IMG/VR virus record: IMGVR_UViG_3300029305_012082
Span: 1-64,000 of that record
Reading direction: 5' to 3' (one strand)
DNA from: a virus
Lineage: Duplodnaviria > Caudoviricetes
DNA: 64,000 nucleotides
Shown one piece after another: positions 28,693-37,695 of the stretch; the first letter of the stretch is position 1, and each line of letters begins with the position of its first letter. Position numbers and translations under genes: made by a program. The notes below the pieces were generated by a model that saw only the letters and a program-made list of their open reading frames with translations, was not told where the DNA came from and did not search any database.

Positions 28693-29325
28693 ATGGAAGG
28701 AACAAATACCCCGAACGATATCGTTGAATTAGGAAAGAAAACACGGTTTCAAAGCGGCGAACAAGCGGCGGAAATGGGACGGCGTGGGGGCATTAAATCA
28801 GGCGAGGTAAAAAGGGCGAGAAGGACGGCAAGAGAGGCTGCTCAACGGCTTCTCGACATGGCTGCAACCGGCAAGATGAAGCAGAATCTCATCGAACTTG
28901 GGTATAAGGAAGATGACCCCGATGGGATTAAGAACATCGACGTCCTCGTGGCTCGTTTGATGGTTCAGGCCGCCGGAGGAAACCTTCAGGCGTCCGAGAG
29001 ACTTACCAAGATCGCCGGCTACGATTATGAAGAAAACCGTGCCGAACGAGAAAGCATTAACGCAGATAACCGGAGGAACCAAGAAAGTTTGGCTCGTCTT
29101 CAGGCGATGGAAGCAGGGGTGATCGGAAGGCACTCCACTACCGTGTTGGATGGAGACGAAGATGGTGCTGTCGAAGACGTCTTCATATATCTTCCTGACA
29201 ACGGGCGGGACAAAGATCTTCAGAAGGTCGCCCCGAAAGATATGCAAGATGATTTTGATCTGGATGATGATGGAATTCCTGAGCTTGAAGTCGAGGCAGT
29301 CGAACACGATGTCCCCGAAGAATAA
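28693..29325 (+). CDS. Terminase small subunit (putative)
   Basis: AAEMGRRGGIKSGEVKR motif and IYLPDNGR; position just before TerL. Confidence 0.7.
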   Translation: MEGTNTPNDIVELGKKTRFQSGEQAAEMGRRGGIKSGEVKRARRTAREAAQRLLDMAATGKMKQNLIELGYKEDDPDGIKNIDVLVARLMVQAAGGNLQASERLTKIAGYDYEENRAERESINADNRRNQESLARLQAMEAGVIGRHSTTVLDGDEDGAVEDVFIYLPDNGRDKDLQKVAPKDMQDDFDLDDDGIPELEVEAVEHDVPEE

Positions 29326-29342
29326 GATCGGGGGTGATCGAA

Positions 29343-30743
29343 TTGGCTATCGTCCTGAAACCCCAGAAGGGTCCTCAAGAACGATTTCTTTAGCTTGCCT
29401 CATCTGCAGATATTGTAATCTACGGCGGAGCTGCTGGTGGCGGCAAAACCTACGGACTGTTACTTACTCCCCTTCGTTATAAGAATGTTCGAGGTTTTGG
29501 CTTTACCGTCTTCCGTCAGAACTTCAATCAGATCTTTTCTGACGGTGGTCTTTGGGATACCTCATCCAATATGTATAGCAGCATAAAAGGTGCTATTCCC
29601 AAATTTTCGAGAGGCAAGTGGATATTTACCGATAAAGACGGCCGACAGATGTCCAAGGTCACTTTTGCCCATATAGAGAAAGAGGATTCTCTAAAAAAAT
29701 GGCAGGGCGCACAGTTGTGCGGAATAGGATTTGACGAGCTGACCCACTTTTCGGAGAAGACGTTTTTTTATATGCTGTCCCGAAATAGATCTACCTGTGG
29801 TGTCACACCATTTGTTAGAGCCACTTGCAATCCGGATGCAGACAGTTGGGTTGCGAAATTCATTGCATGGTGGATAGATCAGGATACCGGATATGCCATT
29901 CCCGAGCGGAGCGGTGTTATCCGGTATTTTATTCGCCGCAATGAGGAGATCTATTGGGCAGACACAAAAGAGGAATTGTGGGAGCAATTTGATCTCACAA
30001 CCCCAGAAGAAAAAGATGAACCTAAGTCATGTACCTTCATCAAATCAGAACTGACTGACAATCAGGAACTCCTTAGGGTGAATCCTGGTTATCTGGCGAA
30101 CCTGAAAGCTATGTCTGAGGTTGATCGAGAGAGACTTCTGCACGGTAACTGGAAGATCAAAGCCGCAAGCGGATTGTTTTTCAAACGGTCTCAGGTTGAG
30201 GTCATTGACGTTGTACCGAAAGACATCCAAGCCCTTTGCAGAGCATGGGATATTGCAGCGACAGCAGAAAAAGGAACAGGAGACCCCGACTACACATCTG
30301 GTGTTCTCATGGGTATCAGGAAAGACAAGACGGTTGTTGTTCTGGATGTTATCAACCAAAGAATAAAAGCGGCCGATGTCAAAAACCTCATATACAACAC
30401 AGCCGTATCCGATCGAGCAAAATACGGAAATAAATGTCGTGTTCGGCTTCCTCAAGATCCGGGTGCCGCAGGAAAGATCGTAGCATCTACCTATGTGAAA
30501 ATGCTTGCTGGCTTCTCTGCTAAAGCCGTCCCCGTTTCGGGCAGCAAGCAGCTTCGTGCAACACCATTTGCAGCTCATTGGCAAAGTGGAAACGTTCAGG
30601 TGTTGGCAGCATCTTGGAACGACGCTTACTTCACTCAGCTTGAATCGTTCCCTGAGTCGAAACACGACGATATGGTTGATGCAAGTGCGGATTCTTTCAA
30701 TGACTTAACATCGTCCAGCTTCAATGTAGGAAATCTACTGTAA
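29343..30743 (+). pseudogene. terL: Terminase large subunit with in-frame TAG at codon 17 (29391-29393)
   Basis: TTG start after GGGGTG; MAIVLKPQKGPQERFL*LASSADIVIYGGAAGGGKT in frame with FDELTHF, ATCNP, RAWD.A and HDDMVDA. Confidence 0.85.
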
Positions 30744-30814
30744 ATAAATGTACCGTTCGGCAGCCACCCGTTGGATGCTGAACTCAGAATTACCAGAAAG
30801 AGGTGGCAGGAGAT

Positions 30815-33800
30815 ATGGGTGCATCGAATAACCAATCAGATCGCATCAGAGCATATGCGAAGCTGATTGAGGCACAGACAGGAAGAGCTGTCAGACCATT
30901 TCGCAAGGATGGGTATGTAAATCTCCTTAACCGATATGGGACTGCCAAAGATTCGGCTGAACAGTACCGTTTTGTTGCCGAGCCGATGATACCCGATGAC
31001 ATGCTAACGATGCATTACGAGGGCAACGGCCTGTTTGCCAAGATCATAGACGCTCCCGCTGAAGAAGCCGTCAAACACGGATTCAAGCTGGCAGATATTT
31101 CAGACGAGCAAACCGAAGCGTTCTACCAAGAAGCTCTGGACGAGCTTGATTGGGAAGAAGTCTTTATGACTGGTATCAAGTGGGCAAGACTCTTCGGCGG
31201 TGCAATAGGCGTTATGCTTATCAATGACGGAGGAGCACTTGAAGATCCTCTGAATTGGAAGAACATCAAGTCAATTGATGACATTCGCATCTACGACAGA
31301 TCTGTTATCCAACCGGATTATCAGAGCATGTACACATATAACAGGGAAGACCCCTTCCGAACAAGAGGAAGCAGACTTGGAACTCCCGAAAGATACTTTG
31401 TCAGCAGTAAGTACGGAAACTTCGTCGTCCACGAGAGTCGCTGCCTGCTATTCCAGAACGGTATCCTCCCGGAAAACTGTACGAATTCGATCTATCAGTT
31501 TTGGGGAATTCCCGAATATGTTCGTCTCCATAGAGCGTTACGGGATGCCGAGATAGCCCATGGAACAGCCCCCAAGATGCTGGATAGATCCGTACAGGCT
31601 GTTTACAAAATGAAAGACCTTTCTGCTGAATTGGCAACCGAAGAAGGCGAAGGAAAGGTTCTTCGAAGACTGCAAACCATAGATATGGCTCGTGGTCTTC
31701 TGAACAGCATAACGATTGATAGCGAGGGCGAAGACTATGACTTCCGCACATTCCAGTTTAGCGGCGTGTCTGATGTCATAGATGCAACGTGTAATTTCTT
31801 GTCAGCACTCTCGAACATTCCTCAAACTATTTTGTTTGGAAGATCACCTGCAGGAATGAACGCAACTGGCGAAAGCGATCTGGAGAATTGGTATAACTTT
31901 GTTGACAGAATTCGTGCAAAGAACATCCGAAGCAACCTTCGTTACTTGCTTTCTGTAATCTTCCAAGCTGGTGTTTCGACTGGTGAAATTAACGAAGTTC
32001 CCAAGATCAAGATCGAATTCAATCCGCTGTGGTCTTTGAGCGATGTAGAACAAGCTGATCTCGACAACAAACGGGCAAACACCGAGTTGGTGAAGGCACA
32101 AACCGCACAAGCATACATCGACATGCAGGTCTACGATCCAAGCGAGATCAGAAAGAAGCTTGCCCAAGCAAATGACTTCGAAATCGATGATGTAATTAGC
32201 GAAGAGGATCTGGAAGAAGATTTCTTTGCTTCTTTGGAAGAAACGGCTGAACCTACAACTAGGTTGGCTGCAAACCCCGACGCTGTCCACGAGACAAAGA
32301 CAGCGGCTGAAGGTAGTACGCCTACGAATGCGCCGGCAGCAACGAAGCTTCCTCAGGATATGACGGCGCAGGAAATCGGAGAGGTAGCAAAGAACACCGA
32401 TGAAGATGATGCAGTGTGGAATCCTTTTGGCGTTGGCGTTCTTGTAATAAAGGATGGAAAAATTCTTACTGGAACGAGGCACAATGACTCCGGATATGGA
32501 CTCATCGGAGGCCCCGGTGGTCATGGAGAAGAAGGTGAAAGCCCTGAAGAGGCAGCTTTTCGTGAAACCGAGGAAGAATTCGGTATCAGCGCAAAAGAAC
32601 TGATCCCCATTGGATTAGGCCCTTTTGAACCCGAAAGTGGGCTGCAATCTCATCTTTTCATCTGCACAGAATATGACGGTGAACCCGACTGTGTTGATAT
32701 GGAGATGGTCAATCCCAAATTCCGCACCTTGGAAGAATTGGAACAGCTGGATGCGTCCCTGTTCCCACCGTTCAAGGACAGCTTAGAGATCCTGAAAAGG
32801 GAACTCTGTGGAAAACGGGATGACGGTGGCCCCGGCTCCGGTAACTGGGGACATGCTGGTAGACCCGGTAAAAAGGGTGGCTCTTCAGGAGGTGGCGGTG
32901 CACATAACCGCATGGGATCTTCTGAGGAAGGATATACTTCCTTCTCCAAGGAAAAAAAGAAGATGGCAAAGCCGCACAAGCTCTCTCACGAAGAACTTTC
33001 CAAGTGTCCCAATGGTACTGTCATCGCTGGCATGGCTGGTCACTACAAAAAAGCCAAGATTGAAGTTTGGAACAACGAGACGTTCGACTATGAATTTAAG
33101 GAAGGCTTCGTCAGCGATGACTGGGGAGATTTCCTTGAAATCGATCAGGTAATTTCTGCTGCCGGTAACGATTCCTATGGTCTCGCAATTCCCGACAGCG
33201 CCAACAAGAACTACCTCAAACCGAAGGGAGATCCTTTCTCTGACGAACGGAGAACCAACGCATTCAAGGCATCTGAAGCTCGTGATGCTGATGACCTGCT
33301 CAGAGAGAAAAGTGGACATATTTGGCGAGGACTGGATGATGCATCCAAAGATGCCCTCGTTGGATACACGGGCGAAACATACTTTGATATAAACAGCGGC
33401 TTACGAAATGGCTATAATGTATCAGACAGCATCCGGAAAGACACGGAACTCTTGACAAATGCAATTTCTCAATCTGTTCTGGATAGAGACATGTATCTGT
33501 TCCGTGGCACTAGCAGCAGCGCGGCAGAGAAACTTTTCGGCTTAAAATCTGGCGATCTCGCTACTTGGAGCGGTCAGATCGAAGATCTGAGCACATTGGT
33601 CGGAACACGAGGTATCGACAACGGCTTTTTGTCCTGCGGAACGTCTGAAGGCAAAGGATTCACCAGCCGAGATGTCCAGTTGAAGATATACTGTCCTGCC
33701 GGAACACAGGCACTTTACGCCGAACCCTTCTCTGCATTCGGACGTGGCGATCAGCGAAGCTGGGATGGTATCAGCAAGCAGAATTCCTTCTCTTCTGAAA

Positions 33801-34438
33801 ACGAAACAATCCTTCAAAGAGGATGTGAGCTGCGTATTGTTGGTGCGGAATGGTCTGGAAACAAGGCTATTCTGGAAGTTGAAGTGCTATCCCAGATGAA
33901 TAATACCATCAAATCAGATGGAGATGACCTAGATGGCTTCTCAAAATCATCGAATCCTGATAATCTCGAAAAACATCTTGACTTTTACGGTCAATCAGCT
34001 ACGATAAAGTCACAAGATAACTTCGATGGCGGCTCCGGCTCCGGAAACCATGGACACAGAGGTGTTAAGGGTCAACGGGGAGGATCTGCAGCAAAGTCCT
34101 CCCATCCCAAAGTCACAAAGTTCACAACCCAGAATGGGAGAATGAAGATTACTTCAGATCTTAAAGTCAAAGCGAGTAAATCTGGGAAAGTATCTGTTAC
34201 GATAAAAGCGGGACAGGAAATCGAAGGGATTTATTCTTTTGCTGGGAAGGGGTCGAATGCAAATCTTGTGGTATCCGGCACACTGTCCAAACAATATGGA
34301 GGCAAACCGAAAGACTGGTCCCACTTGTGTGGTTATGCAACCGTTGTCAATTCAAACGGAAGCCAAGAACGGGCGGAGATCCACTGGTTTGAGCATGAAA
34401 CGGTAGGCCAGATAAATTTCAAAGTTAAAAAAAGGTAG
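30815..34438 (+). CDS. Portal protein (DUF1073-like) fused to Nudix hydrolase, ADP-ribosyltransferase and a C-terminal putative toxin domain
   Basis: Portal motifs RLFGG and IPQTILFGRSPAGMNATGESD; Nudix box GHGEEGESPEEAAFRETEEEFG; ART motifs Y...IN..LR, LFRG, GFLS, ENE; C-terminal AEIHWFE. Confidence 0.85.
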   Translation: MGASNNQSDRIRAYAKLIEAQTGRAVRPFRKDGYVNLLNRYGTAKDSAEQYRFVAEPMIPDDMLTMHYEGNGLFAKIIDAPAEEAVKHGFKLADISDEQTEAFYQEALDELDWEEVFMTGIKWARLFGGAIGVMLINDGGALEDPLNWKNIKSIDDIRIYDRSVIQPDYQSMYTYNREDPFRTRGSRLGTPERYFVSSKYGNFVVHESRCLLFQNGILPENCTNSIYQFWGIPEYVRLHRALRDAEIAHGTAPKMLDRSVQAVYKMKDLSAELATEEGEGKVLRRLQTIDMARGLLNSITIDSEGEDYDFRTFQFSGVSDVIDATCNFLSALSNIPQTILFGRSPAGMNATGESDLENWYNFVDRIRAKNIRSNLRYLLSVIFQAGVSTGEINEVPKIKIEFNPLWSLSDVEQADLDNKRANTELVKAQTAQAYIDMQVYDPSEIRKKLAQANDFEIDDVISEEDLEEDFFASLEETAEPTTRLAANPDAVHETKTAAEGSTPTNAPAATKLPQDMTAQEIGEVAKNTDEDDAVWNPFGVGVLVIKDGKILTGTRHNDSGYGLIGGPGGHGEEGESPEEAAFRETEEEFGISAKELIPIGLGPFEPESGLQSHLFICTEYDGEPDCVDMEMVNPKFRTLEELEQLDASLFPPFKDSLEILKRELCGKRDDGGPGSGNWGHAGRPGKKGGSSGGGGAHNRMGSSEEGYTSFSKEKKKMAKPHKLSHEELSKCPNGTVIAGMAGHYKKAKIEVWNNETFDYEFKEGFVSDDWGDFLEIDQVISAAGNDSYGLAIPDSANKNYLKPKGDPFSDERRTNAFKASEARDADDLLREKSGHIWRGLDDASKDALVGYTGETYFDINSGLRNGYNVSDSIRKDTELLTNAISQSVLDRDMYLFRGTSSSAAEKLFGLKSGDLATWSGQIEDLSTLVGTRGIDNGFLSCGTSEGKGFTSRDVQLKIYCPAGTQALYAEPFSAFGRGDQRSWDGISKQNSFSSENETILQRGCELRIVGAEWSGNKAILEVEVLSQMNNTIKSDGDDLDGFSKSSNPDNLEKHLDFYGQSATIKSQDNFDGGSGSGNHGHRGVKGQRGGSAAKSSHPKVTKFTTQNGRMKITSDLKVKASKSGKVSVTIKAGQEIEGIYSFAGKGSNANLVVSGTLSKQYGGKPKDWSHLCGYATVVNSNGSQERAEIHWFEHETVGQINFKVKKR
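33978..34005 (+). promoter_or_regulatory. Internal promoter TTGACT-16-TACGAT inside the portal fusion gene
   Basis: Exact family match, followed by AAAGTCA as at 34649. Confidence 0.65.
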
Positions 34439-34447
34439 GGGATTTCG

Positions 34448-34606
34448 ATGACAGGAATTTGGAGAGGCGATACTGATCCTCTGGAGCTTATCCATGGGAA
34501 AGAGTACGAAATTATCGGAGAAGGTTTCGACGGTACATTTTTCGAAGTGGTTGACGAAACGGGGGAGGCATTCTTGTATCCTGCGGAAGATTTCGAAATC
34601 GTTTAA
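34448..34606 (+). CDS. 52-aa putative immunity/antitoxin protein (not in ORF track)
   Basis: MTGIWRGDTDPLELIHGKEYEII...VVDETGEAFLYPAEDFEIV directly after the toxin domain, with AGGGG RBS. Confidence 0.7.
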   Translation: MTGIWRGDTDPLELIHGKEYEIIGEGFDGTFFEVVDETGEAFLYPAEDFEIV

Positions 34607-34648
34607 TAGCGGTTCTTGAAATAATTTCTAGGCATATAGAAAAACCAC

Positions 34649-34676
34649 TTGACTAGGTCGGTAGGTAAGTTACGAT
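34649..34676 (+). promoter_or_regulatory. Promoter TTGACT-16-TACGAT
   Basis: Spacer nearly identical to that at 17519. Confidence 0.72.
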
Positions 34677-34714
34677 AAAGTCAAGATGATACTACCGAGC
34701 AAGGAGGGGTTAAA

Positions 34715-34945
34715 ATGGCAAGATGGGACAATGAAGAGTTTGCGCTCCAGCGCCCTGATGAAAACCGGATTATCTGCAAGGATTGTGTGTTTAGAGAAAA
34801 AGATCGTCAGTTTGGCAAGAGTGTTATCTGCGGATGCACACTTGACATCTGTCAAGTTTATTCGAACAGCAATCCGAAGCCGCACGATATTCTTTTCAAG
34901 AACAAACCCTGTGGGTATTATGTGAGCGAGAATGATGAAGACTAA
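34715..34945 (+). CDS. Small Cys-rich protein
   Basis: CKDC...C...KP...C.YY; AGGAGG RBS. Confidence 0.7.
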   Translation: MARWDNEEFALQRPDENRIICKDCVFREKDRQFGKSVICGCTLDICQVYSNSNPKPHDILFKNKPCGYYVSENDED

Positions 34946-34975
34946 GATCAGAAGCAGAGTAAAGGAAAAGGAACT

Positions 34976-35767
34976 ATGATTGGTGCAATTGTAGGAGATA
35001 TTGTAGGCTCCATTTATGAATTCGATAATCACAGAGGCAAGGAGTTTCCTTTGTTCGGAAAAGGATGCTTCGCAACAGATGACAGCATTATGACTTTGGC
35101 GATTGCCAAGGCGGTTATGCTCAGTAAGCCGGATCACAGTGATCTTGGCAGAAATGCCGTCAAGCACATGCGAGAAGTTGGTCAGCCGTACCCATCTTGC
35201 GGGTATGGAGGCCGGTTTTTTCAGTGGATGTACAGCGACAATCCAGCCCCGTACAACAGCTTCGGAAACGGGGCCGCCATGAGAGTTAGTCCTGTTGCAT
35301 ACGAAGCGAAGTCGTTGGAAGATGTGAAGCTGATGTCTCGGCTTGTGACTGAGGTAACTCACAATCATCCCGAAGGGATTAAAGGCGCAGAGGCTGTAGC
35401 GGTGGCCACATGGCTTGCGCTTCATGATTTCGATAAAAGCGAAATCGATCATTATATCCGGGAGAACTACTATCCGATGGATTTCACGATTGATGAGATC
35501 CGTCCGACATATCGGTTCAATGAAACCTGTCAGGATACTGTCCCCCAAGCGATCAAGGCATTTTTGGAGTCCGAAAACTTCGAGGATGCGATCCGGATTG
35601 CGATTTCTGTTGGCGGTGACAGCGACACTTTAGCGTCTATTACTGGAGCAATAGCCGGTGCGTACTACGGTGTGCCCTCGGCAATCAAAATTCAAGCAAA
35701 TCGGTATCTCGATGATCGGCTTTCTGTGATTTTAAGGGATTTTTGTTTGCGTTACGGCGCAGCATGA
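34976..35767 (+). CDS. ADP-ribosylglycohydrolase (DraG/ARH family)
   Basis: GAIVGD, TDD, GNGAAMR, THNHP, GGDSDT. Confidence 0.93.
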   Translation: MIGAIVGDIVGSIYEFDNHRGKEFPLFGKGCFATDDSIMTLAIAKAVMLSKPDHSDLGRNAVKHMREVGQPYPSCGYGGRFFQWMYSDNPAPYNSFGNGAAMRVSPVAYEAKSLEDVKLMSRLVTEVTHNHPEGIKGAEAVAVATWLALHDFDKSEIDHYIRENYYPMDFTIDEIRPTYRFNETCQDTVPQAIKAFLESENFEDAIRIAISVGGDSDTLASITGAIAGAYYGVPSAIKIQANRYLDDRLSVILRDFCLRYGAA

Positions 35768-35772
35768 TAATG

Positions 35773-35802
35773 AAGCGGGTTGGCATTTGCCGACCCGCTT
35801 TT
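35773..35802 (+). terminator. Intrinsic terminator
   Basis: AAGCGGGTTGGC-ATTT-GCCGACCCGCTTTT. Confidence 0.75.
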
Positions 35803-35825
35803 ATAAGGACAATTTCAATGAATAA

Positions 35826-35900
35826 GTCGTGGTAGATCAGAAGGTAGATCACCGGGAAGGCATAGCCCGACAGTCGCAGGTTCAAGTCCTGCCCACGGCA
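35826..35900 (+). tRNA. Atypical/pseudo tRNA (enlarged CAT-containing loop)
   Basis: Acceptor GTCGTGG/CCACGGC, D-stem GATC, T-arm GCAGG-TTCAAGT-CCTGC; irregular anticodon arm. Confidence 0.6.
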
Positions 35901-36003
35901 CAACTCCCGGAAGCGGGGCTATTTTCTACTCCTTTGTAACTTGACGGCTCGGAAAAGACGAGAAGTGCTGTGTAGCGTGGTTGAGCTACACAGTGCGCCT
36001 TAT

Positions 36004-36088
36004 GGGGCAGTGGCGAAATGAAAACGCTGGGGACGATTTCCTCTAGTGCTGTTGCACCTTGTTGGTTCAAATCCAACCTGCCCCACCA
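36004..36088 (+). tRNA. Atypical class II tRNA-like gene with a shortened anticodon loop
   Basis: GGGGCAG/CTGCCCC-ACCA, T-arm GTTGG-TTCAAAT-CCAAC, variable arm GTGC-TGTT-GCAC. Confidence 0.6.
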
Positions 36089-36188
36089 CCCACGAAAGTG
36101 GGATCTTCCTCTCTTTTTCTTGTTTTGACAGCTCGGAATAGACGGCAATGCCCTGTAGAATTCATTCGCCTCTGCAGGGCAAACATAC

Positions 36189-36264
36189 GCTGCTATAGCT
36201 CAGTCGGTAGAGCAGCTGATTTGTAATCAGCAGGTCGTCGGTTCGAGTCCGACTAGCAGCTCCA
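36189..36264 (+). tRNA. tRNA-Thr(TGT)
   Basis: Canonical cloverleaf, anticodon arm CTGA-TTTGTAA-TCAG, CCA end. Confidence 0.93.
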
Positions 36265-36367
36265 CTGTGGTGTGGTGAACCACAGAGGCTTTCATTTCTC
36301 ATTCTTCTGGCAGCTCGGAAAGACGAGCAGTGCTGGACGATCCTCCTATTCGCCCAGCACATCATAT

Positions 36368-36441
36368 GCCGCAGTAGTTCAATGGCAGAACACCAGCCTT
36401 CCAAGCTGGTTGCGCGGGTTCGATTCCCGTTTGCGGCTCCA
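36368..36441 (+). tRNA. tRNA-Gly(TCC)
   Basis: CCAGC-CTTCCAA-GCTGG anticodon arm, CCA end. Confidence 0.92.
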
Positions 36442-36666
36442 AATCCGAGGTGTACATGGGCCGTTGCCGACATAAGGCAGCGCAAGCCGGTTGCCGCGCT
36501 ACACGATAGGAGAAAACAGCTGGGTCGCTCCCATCCGACAGCCGGACGGAATACAGACCGATAGTACTGTGACACGACGGACAGCGACGCCGAACAGGCC
36601 AGAACGAGAGGCCGGCAGACACGCCGCCAGCTGACTTAGAGAGCAGAAAAGATGCGTGTCCGATAT

Positions 36667-36741
36667 AGGGGTGTCGCCAAGAGGAAAGGCACGGGACTTT
36701 GACTCCCGTATTCGCAGGTTCGATCCCTGCCATCCCTGCCA
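36667..36741 (+). tRNA. tRNA-Gln(TTG)
   Basis: CGGGA-CTTTGAC-TCCCG, CCA end. Confidence 0.92.
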
Positions 36742-36854
36742 AGGACATATATGTCCTTACCAAGAGCCGAAAACAACCTGCTTGCGCGACAACGACTGCG
36801 TACCACGCGGGAACAGTGTAAGCGGGTTCTTTCGGTAATTGCCAACATTGAAAT

Positions 36855-36942
36855 GGGAGCTTCGCCAAGCGGTGAAGGCATCGGTCTTGAAAACCGACAG
36901 GGCAGTAATGTCGCATGGGTTCGAATCCCTTAGCTCCCGCCA
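36855..36942 (+). tRNA. tRNA-Ser(TGA)
   Basis: TCGGT-CTTGAAA-ACCGA, long variable arm, GCCA end. Confidence 0.88.
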
Positions 36943-36967
36943 AAACCAACAGTGATGAAGATTTGAC

Positions 36968-37050
36968 CTCCGCATGAAGGAATGGTAGACTAACTTGTCT
37001 CAAAAACAAGTGCCATCGGCGTCCCGGTTCGAGTCCGGGTGCGGAGACCA
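36968..37050 (+). tRNA. tRNA-Leu(CAA), divergent
   Basis: CTTGT-CTCAAAA-ACAAG, variable arm, ACCA end. Confidence 0.8.
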
Positions 37051-37209
37051 GCCGGTATGCTTCATCTAGACATAGTGTTGGGCGACTGTGACCCGGACTC
37101 TCGGAGTCCTCCTTCCAAAGAAAATCGCAGTCTGATCTTAAAGTGAGGCCGCTTACCCTTGTGGTGGAAAAGTAGCGGGAAAGAACAGAGGCGGGGCTGT
37201 TCATTTCGT

Positions 37210-37286
37210 GGGCCTTTAGCTCAGCGGGTCAGAGCCTCCGGCTCATAACCGGATCGTCCACGGTTCGAATCCGTGAAGGCCCACCA
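37210..37286 (+). tRNA. tRNA with CAT anticodon (Ile2 or Met)
   Basis: TCCGG-CTCATAA-CCGGA; GGGCCTT acceptor resembles Ile2. Confidence 0.88.
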
Positions 37287-37695
37287 TAAATGCAAGCGAT
37301 GGATAGATCCGCCAAACACTAGGATCACCAGAGGTCGAGACTCTGGGCTTGCTCATGGCCGCGAGGCTTCTTCCTTTTGTTGTGCATAACGGAGGAAGAT
37401 AAAGAATACCATCTGGACCCGGATTGAGTGAAACGGATGCGACTTTTGCACGAGCGCAGGGCTGAAAAGTTCCGTGGCAAAAACAGGAATGCAAATAGTG
37501 GTAAGGATGAGGTGAGGTGCCCGTATAGGAGAGGCAACGCCGACCAACCATTAGGTGTCGAGGCGTTGGGTAGTTCTGAAGGCTATTTGCATTCTTGTTA
37601 TTGCTGTGAAAAATCCATTCGCATAGTGGCAAATAATGCCGCTATGCTTTTTTGTTGTCCTACAAACGCCCCAAGCAGCAGGGAGGAGATAATCC

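Noticed and set aside
29391-29393. Genome-wide TAG recoding or amber suppression
   Set aside because: TAG terminates many genes cleanly (e.g. 3181, 5742, 6441, 34438, 50133, 58046) and no CTA-anticodon tRNA was found.
30815-32220. Anti-CBASS Acb1 call for the DUF1073 region
   Set aside because: The sequence and position after TerL fit a portal; I saw no 2H-phosphoesterase domain.
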